From Octopus sinensis (lineage: Eukaryota), in NCBI RefSeq assembly GCF_006345805.1, contig NC_042998.1, positions 177,878,001-177,942,000 on the forward strand: a stretch of DNA of 64,000 bases, written 5' to 3'. The position numbers were made by a program, and so were the translations under genes. Shown in pieces: positions 49,902 through 63,640 of this stretch (positions within the stretch are counted from its first letter, which is position 1; each line of letters starts with the position of its first letter). Under the pieces are notes generated by a model. That model saw nothing but the letters and a program-made list of their open reading frames with translations, was not told the DNA's origin and ran no database searches.

Positions 49902-50858
49902 GGAAGTGGAAAAGTACAATGTTCATGCACTTATTTTTTGTCTTGGAAGAAAATCGAAAGTAAAACATGACTTCAGTTTTCTACACTGATACTACAACTC
50001 CGATATCCGAATGATGGAATTCCACACAGTGGCTCAATCTCCAACCCACATTCTCTATTTCATAAAAGAAAGGACACGAACAATTTGATCCTGGATATAC
50101 AAAAAGGCGAAATTGTCTTGATACAAACGCCCTTGGTCATAGATTTGTATAATCAAGGCTGAGTTGGGGCCAAATAATAACTTCAGTATATAGTTATGAG
50201 ATACGTATGACACTTCAGATATGCTGGGAGCAAAAGGAATTTGTGTCTTTTTTACTATTCCCTTAGACATCGATAAAATACATTGAAGCTACAACTAAAC
50301 GCGATTTATGAGTTTGTCAAGGGAAATAAATCTGTTAAGATTTAACTCAGTTACTTCCCTTTAATCTACTTCTTGCAAGCGTTTGATTTATTTGCGAGAA
50401 ATAGCAGCCAAACTTCCCTTAAATCAATTCATATTACATAAATGTAACCCCAGATTCATTATGATTGAAACTAAAAGATAAAAAAAAAAATCTGGGTGGT
50501 TGTGGTTTGAATGCCTTTGGAACTGCTTTTATCAATGGGTGGTGTGGATTATACAGGACGACAACTTTTATATACGTGTGTGTTTGCTGTAGTCGAACAT
50601 GTTACATTTCAGGAAGGGAACTAGTAATTGGGTATTGCACAGGGTGGCTAGAACCCATGCTTCTAAAGTTGGTGAGCCTCACATCAGTAACAGCAACAAC
50701 TTCATACTACTATAAAGAGATTCTACGCGGTCGTTCGACTCACTTGAATTCATTGACAAATATTTTTCTAATCTTGTTAAAACAAGAAAGGAATATTGGA
50801 TAATGATATTAATGATAATTAAATAAATAAATAAATAAACAAATCAATAAATAAATAA

Positions 50859-51031
50859 CGCAGGAGTAGCTGTGTGGTAAGTAGCTTGCTTACCAACCAC
50901 ATGGTTCCGGGTTCAGTCCCACTGCGTGACATCTTGGGCAAGTGTCTTCTGCTATAGCCCCGGGCCGACCAATGCCTTGTGAATGGATTTGGTAGACGGA
51001 AACTGAAAGAAGCCTGTCGTATATATGTATG

Positions 51032-51064
<33 letters not shown>

Positions 51065-51285
51065 TTGTGTGTCTGTGTTTGTCCCCCTAGCATTGCTTGA
51101 CAACCGATGCTGGTGTGTTTCCGTCCCCGTAACTTAGCGGTTCGGCAAAAGAGACCGATAGAATAAGTACTGGGCTTACAAAGAATAAGTCTCGGGGTTG
51201 ATTTGCTCGACTAAAGGCGGTGCTCCAGCATGGCCGCAGTCAAATGACTGAAACAAGTAAAAGAGTAAAAGAGTAAAGAGTAACT
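50859..51285 (+). mobile_element. Young CORE-like SINE
   Basis: Near-identical to the 48517 and 52770 copies. Confidence 0.92.
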
Positions 51286-51456
51286 AAAAATGGTCAGGAC
51301 TATCATGTATTTGGTCGATTACAATTGATATGAATTAAACAAAAATAATTGTAATGATACAGTAGCTGGAGACATAAAGATTCATATCGGTATGTATTCA
51401 GTCCCGCCGTGAATTCAGGCCCGGAAAGGCTTTTTCGGCTGCATCGACTGACGATC

Positions 51457-51500
51457 GAACCGACCGGTTTCATTGGTATTTAGTAGATTCTTCAGGATTC
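51457..51500 (-). ncRNA. Type I hammerhead-like motif with a weak stem II
   Basis: GAAUC-CUGAAGA-AUCUACUAAAUACCAAU-GAAA-CCGG-UC/GGUUC. Stems I and III close and the triplet is GUC. Confidence 0.55.
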
Positions 51501-51676
51501 ACAAGGGAGATAGTGATAGTAGCTAAGACTAGCTCTAGGTGATTATAGTTGACAAAAGACCATAGATGGAACCCTTCTGTAGAGGAAGGCTAATTCAGTC
51601 CTCGTTGTTGCATTTAGGTGAAGCATACAGGCTAAGGATTGAAACATTTGTGACTCTGATAGATAGTGAAGGTGGA

Positions 51677-52050
51677 GGCGCAATGGCCCAGTGGTTAGGG
51701 CAGCGGACTCGCGGTCATAGGATCGCGGTTTCGATTCCCAGACAGGGCGTTGTGAGTGTTTATTGAGCGAAAACACCTAAAAGCTCCACGAGGCTCCGGC
51801 AGGGGATGGTGGTGATCCCTGCTGTACTCTTTCACCACAACTTTCTCTCACTCTTACTTCCTGTTTCTGTTGTACCTGTATTTCAAGGGGCCGGCCTTGT
51901 CACTCTCTGTGTCACGCTGAATATCCCCGAGAACTACGTTAAGGGTACACGTGTCTGTGGAGTGCTCAGCCACTTACACGTTAATTTCACGAGCAGGCTG
52001 TTCCGTTGATTCGGATCAACCGGAACCTTCGTCGTCGTAACCGACGGAGT
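51677..52050 (+). mobile_element. tRNA-derived SINE (OR1/OR2-like), young
   Basis: Shares its head with 2465-2650 but has a different tail. Confidence 0.75.
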
Positions 52051-52319
52051 GCTTCCATATCCCACATAGTGAAGATACAGTAAAGCTCTAAACAATGTGA
52101 TAATCATTGTCAAGAGGATAAACAATGTGGTAATCATTATCAAGAGGAACCTTTTGACGACAACAGACCACACTATGATCAGTGTCAATCCGAATTTTAT
52201 CAGCAGAAAGAAAATTCACTATCATACCCGGGTTGCTCGCTTTGAATGGAACTTCTACTGTCTTGAGTTACATCGCCCAAACTGACTTGCATTTCATGAT
52301 TCTGGAGATGTTGCCAATA

Positions 52320-52427
52320 TCCTTCAACATATCTTTAATTCAATCTGGTCGCATGCGAAATACCTCACCTGTCAATTTCCGCCCCGTCAGTCTCACCAGT
52401 TGTATCACCAAATTGATGAAGTCCTAT

Positions 52428-52501
<74 letters not shown>

Positions 52502-52760
52502 CTGGAACTTCTAAAATCCCCATGACCTTATTCGACCCTCACACTTTGGATTTATCCATTACTTCATCTGCTGTAGCGAACTTATCGAAATCATATATAG
52601 CGGTTCACGGTTGAATGTTTTCTATCTCGACTTCACCAAAGTATTTAATTCTACGTCACACAAACGACTTATGGCGCTTTTGTGGCACAAAATCCAAAAA
52701 TTAGTCTACTCTTTCTACAACACAAACCTTAAGAAGTCTGTTCGTGAACATGGCCAAGGT
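52320..52760 (+). mobile_element. CR1-type RT fragments interrupted by (GA)n
   Basis: NFRPVSLTSCITKLMKS and VFYLDFTKVFNSTSHKRL. Confidence 0.7.
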
Positions 52761-52769
52761 ATTGTCAGA

Positions 52770-52946
52770 AAGGAGTGGCTGTGTGGTAAGTAGCTTGCTA
52801 ACCAACCACATGGTTCCGGGTTCAGTCCCACTGCGTGGCATCATGGGCAAGTGTCTTCTGCTATAGCCCCGGGCCGACCAATGCCTTGTGAGTGGATTTG
52901 GTAGACGGAAACTGAAAGAAGCCTGTCGTATATATGTATATATATA

Positions 52947-53025
<79 letters not shown>

Positions 53026-53240
53026 TTGTGTGTCTGTGTTTGTTCCCCTACCATTGCTTGACAACCGATGCTGGTGTGTTTACGTCCCCGTCACTTAGCG
53101 GTTCGGCAAAAAAGAGACCGATAGAATAAGTACTGGGCTTACAAAGAATAAGTCTCGGGGTCGATTTGCTCGACTAAAGGCGGTGCTCCAGCATGGCTGC
53201 AGTCAAATGACTGAAACAAGTAAAAGAGAGTAAAAGAAAG
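52770..53240 (+). mobile_element. Young CORE-like SINE
   Basis: As for 48517. Confidence 0.92.
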
Positions 53241-53399
53241 AGAGTAGGACAAACTACATTTCTAAAATCGTCCAAAGAAGTCAAAAGTGTTTTAGTATCA
53301 GTTTAAAGCTATATATGGCTTTGGTAAATCTACTCTTACAGTTTGCAGTTGCAGCCTCAAATCCCTCACACATCCACTATATCTTGATCATATAGCTTC

Positions 53400-53750
53400 C
53401 TATTTCTTTATTGCCCACAAGGGGCTAAACATAGAGGGGACAAACAAGGACAGACAAAAAGATTAAGTCGATAACACCGACCCCAGTGCGTAACTGGTAC
53501 TTCATTTATCGACTCCGAAATACCTTTACTACCCACAAGGGGCTAAACACAGAGAGGACAAACAAGGGCAGACAAACAGATCAAGTCGATTACATCGACC
53601 CCAGTGCGTAACTGGTACTTAATTTATCGACCCCGAAAGGATGAAAGGCAAAGTCGACCTCGGTGGAATTTGAACTCAGAACGCAGCGGCGGACGAAATA
53701 CCACAAAGCATTTCGCCCGGCGTGCTAACGTTTCTGCCAGCTCGCCGCCT
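53400..53750 (-). mobile_element. SINE (21690 family) with a duplicated 3' part
   Basis: cccacaaggggctaaaca...gtaactggtact...ttatcgac occurs twice (about 53414 and 53532). Confidence 0.85.
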
Positions 53751-54099
53751 TGATCATATAGCTTCTGATGGCATCGACACATTAAAGCTTCGACGTTTAG
53801 CACGTTTGGACAACAATTTTGGCCACTTTCTTTTTTAATTCAATACCTCCACCAATCATGGATCTGCTCATAAAGTGGAAATAAACAAATAAATAAATAA
53901 ATAACGCAGCATCGATGACTTTCACGCTCAGAATTGTCAAAGCAAGGAATAAACCAGAAGCATCGTAATTAGTTGTCAGGATACTGCATCCTTAAAAAAT
54001 GTCGTACCTCCTGACATTCACCAACGCTACTCCTGATTTGCCTATGCACCGTTTCCTCTTTATGGTATTTGTTCGCTTTACTATCATTTTATGATTTAC

Positions 54100-54410
54100 A
54101 AGCAGTATCGCCCGGCGTTGCTCGGATTTGTAAGGGAAATAACTATATAAGCATTTTTAGAGAGTTATAGCCAAAAAATAGCAAAAAATGCATAAAAAAT
54201 GGAAAAAAAATGATGGTAATTTTTTTTTTAAATCGTTGACTCATCGTAGACATTTTTAGAGAGTTACTTCCCTTATATAATAGCGAAAAAATGCATTAAA
54301 ATGGAAAAAAATTATGCTAAATTTTTTTTAAAATCGTAGACTCATCGTAGACGCGCGCTAATACCCAGAAATATGTATCAGCTGAGAACTAGAGTTCATG
54401 TAATCGACTA
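54100..54410 (+). mobile_element. Non-autonomous Helitron-like fragment
   Basis: agcagtatcgcccggcgttgctcggatttgt has the same 5' end as 8294. Contains an internal ~100-bp duplication. Confidence 0.55.
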
Positions 54411-54620
54411 GCATCCACTTGCAAAATTTCAGGCCTTGTGTCTATAATAGAACAGAGTCTATTCATCATCATCATCATCATCATCATCCTCATCACCACC
54501 ACCACCACAACCATCATCATCATCACCACCACCACCACCACAACCATCATCATCATCACCATCACCATCATCATCACCATCATCATCATCATCATCATCA
54601 TCATCATTATCATCATCATT

Positions 54621-54670
<50 letters not shown>

Positions 54671-54768
54671 TATCATCACCACCATCACCATCACCACCAC
54701 CACCACCACCACCACCACCACCACCACCACCACCATCATCACCATCATCATCAACACACACACACACA

Positions 54769-54807
<39 letters not shown>

Positions 54808-55134
54808 ACACACACACACACACACTCACAGAAGCACCATTTAAATGTTACAGACCTCATTCATTAAGCACAAATCCTGTTTTCTGCGTACGTAAAAATA
54901 AAAAATGATCAAACTTTAAGCTTCTATAACAGTTTTCCAATTTTTTTTTCTAGAATTAATGAATCACAAACTCGGATTCAATGTGAAGAAATACATCAAT
55001 ATACGAAATTTGAAAATTTTCACGTTATTTTAAAATTTTAAAATGTGTGACAGCAGCAGAAAAGATCTCAGTCTATCTCATTAATTTTTCGCCTTTCTCA
55101 TGGTAAACCTTTCCCCTCTCCAGGTGTATGTATT

Positions 55135-55368
55135 TATTTCTTTATTGCCCACAAGGGGCTAAACACAGAGAGGACAAACAAGGACAGACAAACGGATTAA
55201 GTCGATTATATCGACCCCAGTGCGTAACTGGTACATATTTAATCGACCCCGAAAGGATGAAAGGCAAAGTCGACCTCGGCGGAATTTGAACTCAGAACGT
55301 AACGGCAGACGAAATACGGCTACGCATTTCGCCCGGCGTGCTAACGTTTCTGCCAGCTCACCGCCTTC
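55135..55368 (-). mobile_element. SINE (21690 family)
   Basis: Sequence identity with 21690-21905. Confidence 0.88.
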
Positions 55369-56011
55369 TGAACGTGTATGTATTTGTCAGTGTGTGTGCA
55401 TGTGTGTTTAATGAATTTCATTCGGACGCCAGAGTGATTTGAAAAATCATGTAAAAGTTAATCTAATTTAATAAGCATATTTTTCCGTTAGTAAATATGT
55501 TCTTTCTTACACACACACGCGCCCACGCGCAGGGACTCGCTTGATGCGGGGTGGGGATTAAAAATTTACATTACATAATTTTTTTGTTGTTACTCAAACC
55601 CTGGCAATAGACCACCGCATCATCATTCTATAAAATTTGTCTATAGGGAAAAAATTATTCAAAAACATCAATACATGAGATAAAGAATCGAGGAAGGGTC
55701 AGGGGATCATGTGATGTGCTAGAAACAACAACTAAATTTCCTTTAAATCACACACCTTTTCGTCTGAAAATTATTTTGGAATTATAAACAGAAACAAATT
55801 GCACATTTGGACTGTCCATAGTTTAAATCTCTAATTTTAAGAAATTTCGGAAAAAGCCGAAATTTTCGGATTTATGGGGCGGCGTAACGGAAAGAAAGAA
55901 ATCTGAAAAATCCCTATCAAAACAGAGAAAATCTAACTTGTGGGTGTCCTATTCCGAAAGTCTACCAACGCATTCTAGTTTGAAAATTACCCGGCCACGA
56001 CGGGATACTCA

Positions 56012-56065
<54 letters not shown>

Positions 56066-56289
56066 GTGTGCATGTGTGTGTGTGTGTGTGTGTGTGTGTG
56101 CGGGTATGTTTACTAGCATTACAGGTGCTAATGCTCTAAGTTCAAATTCTACAGTGGTCGACTTTGTCTTTCATCCTTCCGGGGTCGATAAAATAAATAC
56201 CAACTGAGCACTGGGTTGATGCAATCGACTAATCTCTTCCTACGAAATTACTGACCTTGTGCCAAAATTTGAAACCAATACATTTGCAT

Positions 56290-56690
56290 GCGTGGCTGTG
56301 TAGTGAGTAGCTTGCTTACAAACCACATGGTTCCGGGTTCAGTCCCACTGCGAGGCACCTTGGGCAAGTGTCTTCTACTATAGCCTCGGTCCGACCAAAG
56401 CCTTGTGAGTGGATTTGGTAGACGGAAACTGAAAGAAGCCCGTCGTATAGTATATCTGTATATATATATATGTATGTGTGTATATATGTTTGTGTGTCTA
56501 TGTTTGTCTCCCCAACATCGCTTGACAACCGATGCTGGTGCGTTTACGTCCCCGTAACTTAGCGGTTCGGCAAAAGAGACCTATAGAATAAGTACTAGAC
56601 TTACAAAGAATAAGTCCTGGGGTCGACTTGCTCAACTAAAGGCGGTGCTCCAGCATGGCCACAGCCAAATGACTGAAACAAGTAAAAAAT
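56290..56690 (+). mobile_element. CORE-like SINE
   Basis: As for 48517. Confidence 0.9.
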
Positions 56691-57899
56691 TAAAGAAAGA
56701 ATATTATAACTTGTAGTAGAATTTTCGCTTGTTAGTGTATTTATTACCTCATATCCTACCTCAGAGATACTTGCAATTCAACTTCTTTCGTTGGTAACCG
56801 ATACGGTTTCTTCCGCCTATAAAGTTCTCAGCTTTCGTATCAATTCTTTTCGATAGGAAACAGAATAGATGTTAAACAAACGGTGGACACTCTCGAGAAG
56901 ATAGGTTTACTTGCCTGAGACGAAAGCTACGGTATAAATTGATTTTCTCTTATGTTACAAAAGCACTTGTGAGGTTTGTGCGTGACATGAAGACCGTGTC
57001 TCGAGAATTTGAATTAAATTTGTGCTTTTAGTAGAGATTGAAATTTGTCAAATACCTGTTTAAAATCTTAGGTCACATAGTAGAGGGTGGAAACAATGAA
57101 AAAGAGTGGCAGATTGTTGAGATTAGTGGTAAAAATAAAAAAAAATAAAGGGAATCATATGAAAAGAAAAGTGTAGCCCAAAGCAAGGGGAGACAACTTA
57201 CACTTCGTGATCGTTCGAGGGACTAGCTGTGTCTTCATTACAGAAGACTTGAGGTTAGGCAATGAGGTTGTGTTCTAACAGGACATGAAGAAATAGGGTA
57301 AGAAGGTGATAGAATATTGATGAAAACGAATAGAGTATCATCACTCGAAATACTCCTCCCCAGAGGATGTGACATGTTATTTGCCTTGTCCAACATAGAA
57401 AAATACGGGTGCTCTGAGTGTCCCAAGATCTAATGCCAGGAGCGGCGGCACAGTGCTCTTAACTAAATTAGGTGTAGTTAGATGTAGGCTTTTCATTCGT
57501 ATGTAAGTTAGATGCCCTTATTTTCTTCTTGTGTTGTTATTATATCGTTTGATTATGAATATATTATGTTTATTATTTGCTTCGCATTAGAAAATACTTT
57601 TTACATTGTGTAATTCTCATTGTCTTTCTTATCTATTTACCCATGCATGGTTTTGGGATATCTTTGCAACACGTTTTCGCATATTTGTATGGGCTCCAAT
57701 CCTCTATCGGTACTAAGTCAGGAGGAGCCCAGGCATAGCCCGTGTTCCTAGCAGTCTTGCTTGATGTGACTATGTTTTTTACTGTCGCATTTTTCTCCAA
57801 AGCAGACCTCACTGATTTGTCAGTATGGTGCGTTTGTTCCACATAAGTTTAAGTTCCCCTTATACAGTTGGCCTGTACATAGGGCAGCAAGACGTCTAC

Positions 57900-58420
57900 A
57901 ATAATCCTGGCTTTGAGCATATTCATCTGCATCTTCGCAGATGATGCTAAGTTGCTTTAGTTATTCTTTGAAGGTAGCGTGCCAACCCTTGTAGATCAAG
58001 AACTCGTTGAAGAATCACCGACTTAACCCACCTGGGCAGCATTTCTTGCTGCAGAGGGAGGTTCTGAGGAAGATGCCAATTTCAGAATCGGGCTTGCAGC
58101 GGCAGTGTTCAGCGGATTGAGTACGATCCGTGCCAGTATTTCGACTAGTAACCGTATGAAGATCCTGCTATACTGGAGAATTGTTGTGCCAAAATCACTT
58201 TATGAAGAAGAAACCTGAAAAATGACTGCCAAAATATTTCAGAGGTTGAATACATTCCATCAATGGTCTCCACACAGACTAGTCAAGGTTACTTACAGGG
58301 AAAGAATCACAAACTCTGAAGTCTTGAGAAGAGTCGATCTGCACAACCTGCAGAGATTGTGGAAGAAAGAAAAGTGAGACTTGCAGTTCATGTTTTCCGT
58401 CTCTCTAAAGGACAATGGAT
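57900..58420 (+). mobile_element. Old RTE-clade LINE fragment
   Basis: FADD, T.LTHLGS, FRIGLAAAVFS.L, LY..ET, TYRERITNSEVLRRV and VRLA.HVFRL. Confidence 0.7.
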
Positions 58421-58571
58421 ATGTACAGTAAATGATATCTTCCTTAGGTTAGCATTTCATTTCTTCTTTCTTTTATTTTATGAATTTCTGCGCTAAATTT
58501 GACGATTATTTTATGTGTCCTATTTTTAGGAACAACTTGATGAATTGGTGATCAATCAACGGTGTTGGAAA

Positions 58572-60965
58572 TGGGGGTTGTAAAAAATTAATTGCAATAT
58601 ATTGGTCCAATTAATTGATTGGAGTCGTACTATCAATTAAATAATTGATTGCTGTCATATCAATGAATTACATTTAATTACAGTTAATTGCAACATTGTC
58701 AGCGAAAGTTTTTCAAATGGCTCATACTTCCTTCGACTTTCAATTGGCAAATACAGCGTTCTATTATTATTTGAAGTATTGTGTCGACGCTTTGTTCTGT
58801 ACACATTCTGTCGTGCTTAGGAATTGACTATTGTGTATGTTATCAAGTGTTGATGCTTGATTCGGACTGCTGAGAATGATACATATTCTATCATGCTTGG
58901 GAATTGGCTATTGTGTATATTGTCAAATAATCACTGTCGAGTGATTCTTAGTTCTGACTGCTGAGAATGATTCACACATTCTGTCTTCGAGCCATTAAAT
59001 CGCGTCTTTGCCTGCAACACGTTTGTGTCTTGAATTCCACTCCAACATATTAACTGAATCAGATTTTCATCACTGGAGTGGCGAAATATCGTTTATTTTA
59101 AATTAATCCATGCCACGTGAAAACGAGCAAATCATCAGAAAATATATTAACCAAACAGACAGTGAACATGTATGGAAATGTAAGTGTGGAAAAAGTTGAC
59201 CCAGAAAAAAAGGACTGGATGGACAAATCTAATGAGAGATACAAAATATCAGCATTCAGAATATTCTACTACGCAAGCAACTGGACAACCATCTTTATCA
59301 AGTTTTCTTTTACCAAGAAGTAGTTTGGTCAGTCGCTCGGCCTTAAATGTTTATGGTTGGACTAAGTGGGTATGTACTGGTTTAAAAACATTTTGCTTTA
59401 TTGAAGACCCACTAACTCGTAAGTACACGAAATTGGAAATTTTGACAAATGTGACCTTAAAGAAATACACGGAGAAACTTACTCAAGAAGTAGAAAAGAA
59501 AATATCTGATGAACTTCCAAGTAAATTTTTGTTGGTAATCGACGGTTGAACTAAGGGTTCGACGCATTTCATTGGACTTTTGCATCTTATTCGTGCAATT
59601 ATCAAAATGACTATTGTACTGTTTTGCTGGCATTTTCGCCAATGGTAAGTGAAACATCATTCCTTGCTTCTCATTATGTAGAATTTATAGAGTATGTGTT
59701 AAGTGTCTATAATAAAAATTTAGAAAATGTAGCTATTATCGGAGATTATACTGAAGGGAACAAATCTATAGCGAATTTGTGTAGAATACCATTAATTGGA
59801 TGTGCCTCTCATAAATTCAATCTAGCTGTTTCTGTTTATCTCGACAAGCAGGAAGTTCTTGATAAAATTAATATATTGATGGGCAAGCTAAAGTCATTAA
59901 AACTTGCGGGTAAACTTCGGTAAAAAAAAACGCCTTTGCAACCTATACAAAGAAAAAAACCCGTTGGTCCAGTACTTAGGACATGATTGAGAGGTACACC
60001 CAACCCAAACCATTTTTAGACTGTTTTCAAGGCGATCCAAAGCTAGTCGATCATCTGTTGACTCTACGCGATCATAATGATCTGCAGACTCTAAAAGACA
60101 ATTTAGGAAAGCTACGCTCAGTAACAGTCACCTTGCAAAGAACAGAAATAGATTTGGGAGATGCTAGAATTCTTTTTGACGAAATTCTTGCATGATATCC
60201 TTACGAGGAGTTAAAAAATATTTGATTCAATCGGCAGCCATTGTGCACAGCTCAAATTTAGAAAGTGGATTGTGGAAATTTTACAACATGCACAAGCAGA
60301 ACTAACTGCGGATGAAGTGGCTGTTCTATATCAGCTGAAAGTGATGACAGACGTCACAACAGTCTGATTTACCTAAACACAAAAAAGATAAAATTTTTGT
60401 TAACAGCATCCAATATCTTGGAACCTTCCTTCAGCTCAGCAGGTTACGCTTTTAATGATTTTCGGCAATACTTAACACCAATGAATTTAGAAATGCGATT
60501 ATTTCTAAAAGTCGATTGCGCTTTCTGGGATGAAGACCTAGTTTCAGAAAACTGCAATCGTTCATGACCATTTGCTATATTATAAAATTTTAATTATGCT
60601 ACTCGTTTGAGAAACTCTTTTAATTAAAGACCTTCAATTTATTTGTTTTTTAACTACTGTACAATGTAGAGTATACATATTGTTCGTTCCCTATTCTAAA
60701 TCAATGAAATTAAACTTTGAACGTTTCCTGATAATAAAGTTTTTTGAAACTATAACACATGCCTTTTATTTTCTTATCATTTTGGCTCTTATCTAAATCG
60801 AAGCTTATACTTCAAAATATATGGTGTTTTTATATTCGGCAAAATAATTGACAATTAATTGCTATAAACTACAATAATTGATTGGCCTGTATCCCAATTA
60901 AAATTAATTGATTGCTAGGAAAATAATTGATTGAGAAGGTCCCAAACAATTATTTACAACTCCTG
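58572..60965 (+). mobile_element. hAT-superfamily DNA transposon, decayed
   Basis: Imperfect TIRs (ggggttgtaaaaaattaattg / caattatttacaactcctg), degenerate 8-bp TSD gttggaaa/gttgggga, and repeated AATTAATTG/TAATTGATTG subterminal motifs. Confidence 0.8.
59110..60570 (+). pseudogene. hAT transposase pseudogene
   Basis: KFLLVIDG, IIGDY, GCASHKFNLAV, TRWSST..MIERY and C-terminal SNILEPSFSSAG..LTPMNLEMRLFLK. Several stops and frameshifts. Confidence 0.85.
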
Positions 60966-60989
60966 GTTGGGGAGCATAAAGATTAAAGT

Positions 60990-61780
60990 TGTAGTTGAGG
61001 AAAAGTTATGTGACATGGAGGACTGGAAATCATCTGAATATTGGAGAAGAGATACCTGTATTACGAGGATTCGCGTTAGGTGTCAAAATGCTGACGTCAT
61101 GATTGCTGCTCCATGCTCTGTGAACACTGTAAAGGCTGTAAAATGTGACATGGTCGGCTGAAATGAAGACTACAAAGCTGTGGCCAACAAGAAGATGGTC
61201 TTTGAGTGTGTCTTCAGTGAGGTTGACATCATGCTGCTCCACATCTTTGAACAGGGTCTCAGGTTCAATTCAGATGGCTACGTGAAGCTGCCGGAGACTG
61301 GTCAAGCACTGAGAGGTTGCTGCTGGACGGCCATATGTGTGGCAGCAGGATTCGGTTTCTTGCTATACTTATGGTAAGAGTCAGAAGTGATTGTCGGAGA
61401 ATTTCTTTAACTTTCTGGCCTTCTAATTCCCTCGATTGTAATCTCATATATTACTATGTGTTGGGTGCGGTTGAGAATGACACCAACCACTCTGCCTGCA
61501 ACACCAAGGCTAAGATGGTGGTCAAAAATCAAGTGCTCGAAGATATTCCCAGGGACACAGTGAGGAATACAGGCGGTAGGTTTGAGAGCCGTCTTGAGGC
61601 CTGTTGGAAGCTGAGGGTGGGCTACTTTGAGTAAACTTTGAGTAAACAGTTATCTCTCAGCCATAATCTAGTTGATATGTTTTGATTTTTTAAAAATACT
61701 TTGATTTATGAACGTGTTTTCTTTCCTTTTACACAAACTGTTAAATTTAGTCCGAACATCTTTAATATTGTATCAATAAT
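60990..61780 (+). mobile_element. Tc1/mariner (maT/DD37D-like) transposase remnant
   Basis: MVF..VFSE.DIML.HIFEQGLRFNSDGYV, GRPYVWQQDS, WPSNSLDCN..YYYVLGAVE and RFESRLEA..GYFE. Confidence 0.75.
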
Positions 61781-62099
61781 TTTTCAATTGATCAGTGATC
61801 ACGGTATATTAACTTGGTCGCTACTTGTTTTACTTCTAACGTCACTATCGGTAAATCTACTCAGTTTACTGTTGTCTTTATAAACACTATACTAGCCTTC
61901 TCTTGCTCATTCTTGACTCACTTATTTTCCAGTTTAATTGTCTACGAAGACATATTTTGTTGTCTACTGTACTCTTTTCTAATTTTATCGTTATTTCTTT
62001 GCTGTGAAGCCATGTTTTGTGCTAGTGTTATCTTCTTAGCACTTTTGTTCGCCTGTTACAAACAAATATGTTTAACCTCTCCCTTCATTCTATTCTTTC

Positions 62100-62345
62100 G
62101 TTATAATCGTGGATGAAACAAATGTCATTTCGAAAACTGAACAACTTGTTCTTTACTTCGTTTTTGAGAAAGTAAAGAATATATTAGATATCAATCAACT
62201 TCTGAATTCGTCACTGTATTGCTTCTACTGTACAGTGCATATGGTCGGTATTCATCTCTACTAGTGTTGACGTCCCGTTGCGTGTCGCCTAATGTTATGA
62301 TGGTGCCTCGGACATGATCGGGAAAATCACCTGTGTTCTGACAGG
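62100..62345 (+). mobile_element. hAT-like transposase fragment
   Basis: tgttatgatggtgcctcggacatgatcggg reads CYDGASDMIG, similar to the hAT YDGA.NM.G motif. Confidence 0.5.
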
Positions 62346-62399
62346 GTCGTCCATTGGTGCATGGCGGCGGTCTTCAATGAAGCTGGTTTCGGTCCTATT

Positions 62400-63640
62400 T
62401 TCAGAGGCTGGATTGCTGTGGGTATTTGCTCAGAGGTCAGACTAAATTGCCACCGGTCTTAACTGTCTGAATCATATGCTCGGTTCATCAAGTGTATTCT
62501 CTCTAATCACTCTTGTACATTTTAGGTCTTGAATTATTGCTACGGAAGCAAAGGGTGCTGAAATGAATCCCACTCAAACAAGAATGTAGGACGGTTGTGT
62601 CGACATACGTGGACGAAGCTAAGGGCTTGCAGTCGTCTACCACGGAAATCAAGGTGGTCAGTACAATATTGAAGGAATATGAGGTGATACACAAGAAGCT
62701 GGCATTAATCAGAAGAAGCTAGTGATTTCGCATCTTAGGAGTAGGTGAGGTAGGTCTATATTGACCAGCGACTAAAGAATCTGTTAACAGACTTAGAAGT
62801 CTAGTCTGATTCAAACCTATAAGTGACTGGAACTGCAAGATTACGGGTAGATAAGTCAGTTCCATCCAGAAATGGGCAGAGAAGAAACTATCCTTAAAAG
62901 GTCAGGCAGACATAGTGAACGTAACGTGTACAATGTTTCCATCCCCATAATTTATTATCGTTTGATCATCGTGCCTTGCTTCAGGTTTCGTCTGATTAGA
63001 TTGTACTTTTGAGGGAGAGACGAGTTTCACTGGTCAGAAGATCTATTTGCTGTCAGCCTCTTCTGCACAAAGAATTTGGTGAACTGTGGCTAATGACAAC
63101 ATGTTTAGATTATGGTATGTGTAGAGATTCCTGGACTGTGAGAAAGTTTGGTTGCTATTTTTCGGTCATGTGTTCGTTGACAGAACTACTGGATTAAATA
63201 AAGACCAAGCTGGGCACTTAGCGTATGGAATATTGGCAGGCGTTTATAGTTATCTACAAGTCTGAAAATGCGGCCTCTGACAGTCAGCCTTTGTATTTTG
63301 TAGAAAATAGGTGGCAGCAAGAGCGATGGTGTTCTCTGGGTGACTCTTAGCATGGATAAGAATCTCCTGAATAGTTTTGCCTGACAACTTTTGACCCATA
63401 TGACTTCGAAAAACTCCCACAAATTCTTTGTCTGGCAGTACCACTTGGAGATATTATTAGTTCGAGGTAAACTTTACGGACACTGAGTTTGTCAACATGG
63501 CGACGAAACAGTTTTGAACATAATTGTTCAGTCTTCGAGTACTGTTGATTTGTGGAGTTAGTAACTGGACGGCATGACAGCGGTTCGACATTCGCAAAAC
63601 TATCATCTAAAAAGCAGAGGATGCTTTCCTGCAAGCTCTC
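62400..63640 (+). mobile_element. Tx1/L1-clade LINE RT fragment, decayed
   Basis: VSTYVDE, IQKWAEKKLSLKGQADIVNV, IYYRLIIVPC and VSLVRRSICCQP. Confidence 0.75.

Noticed and set aside
51677-51750. tRNA gene-like sequence (also the heads at 2465, 48517, 50859, 52770 and 56290)
   Set aside because: A and B boxes are present but run directly into SINE bodies, with no complete cloverleaf or terminator.
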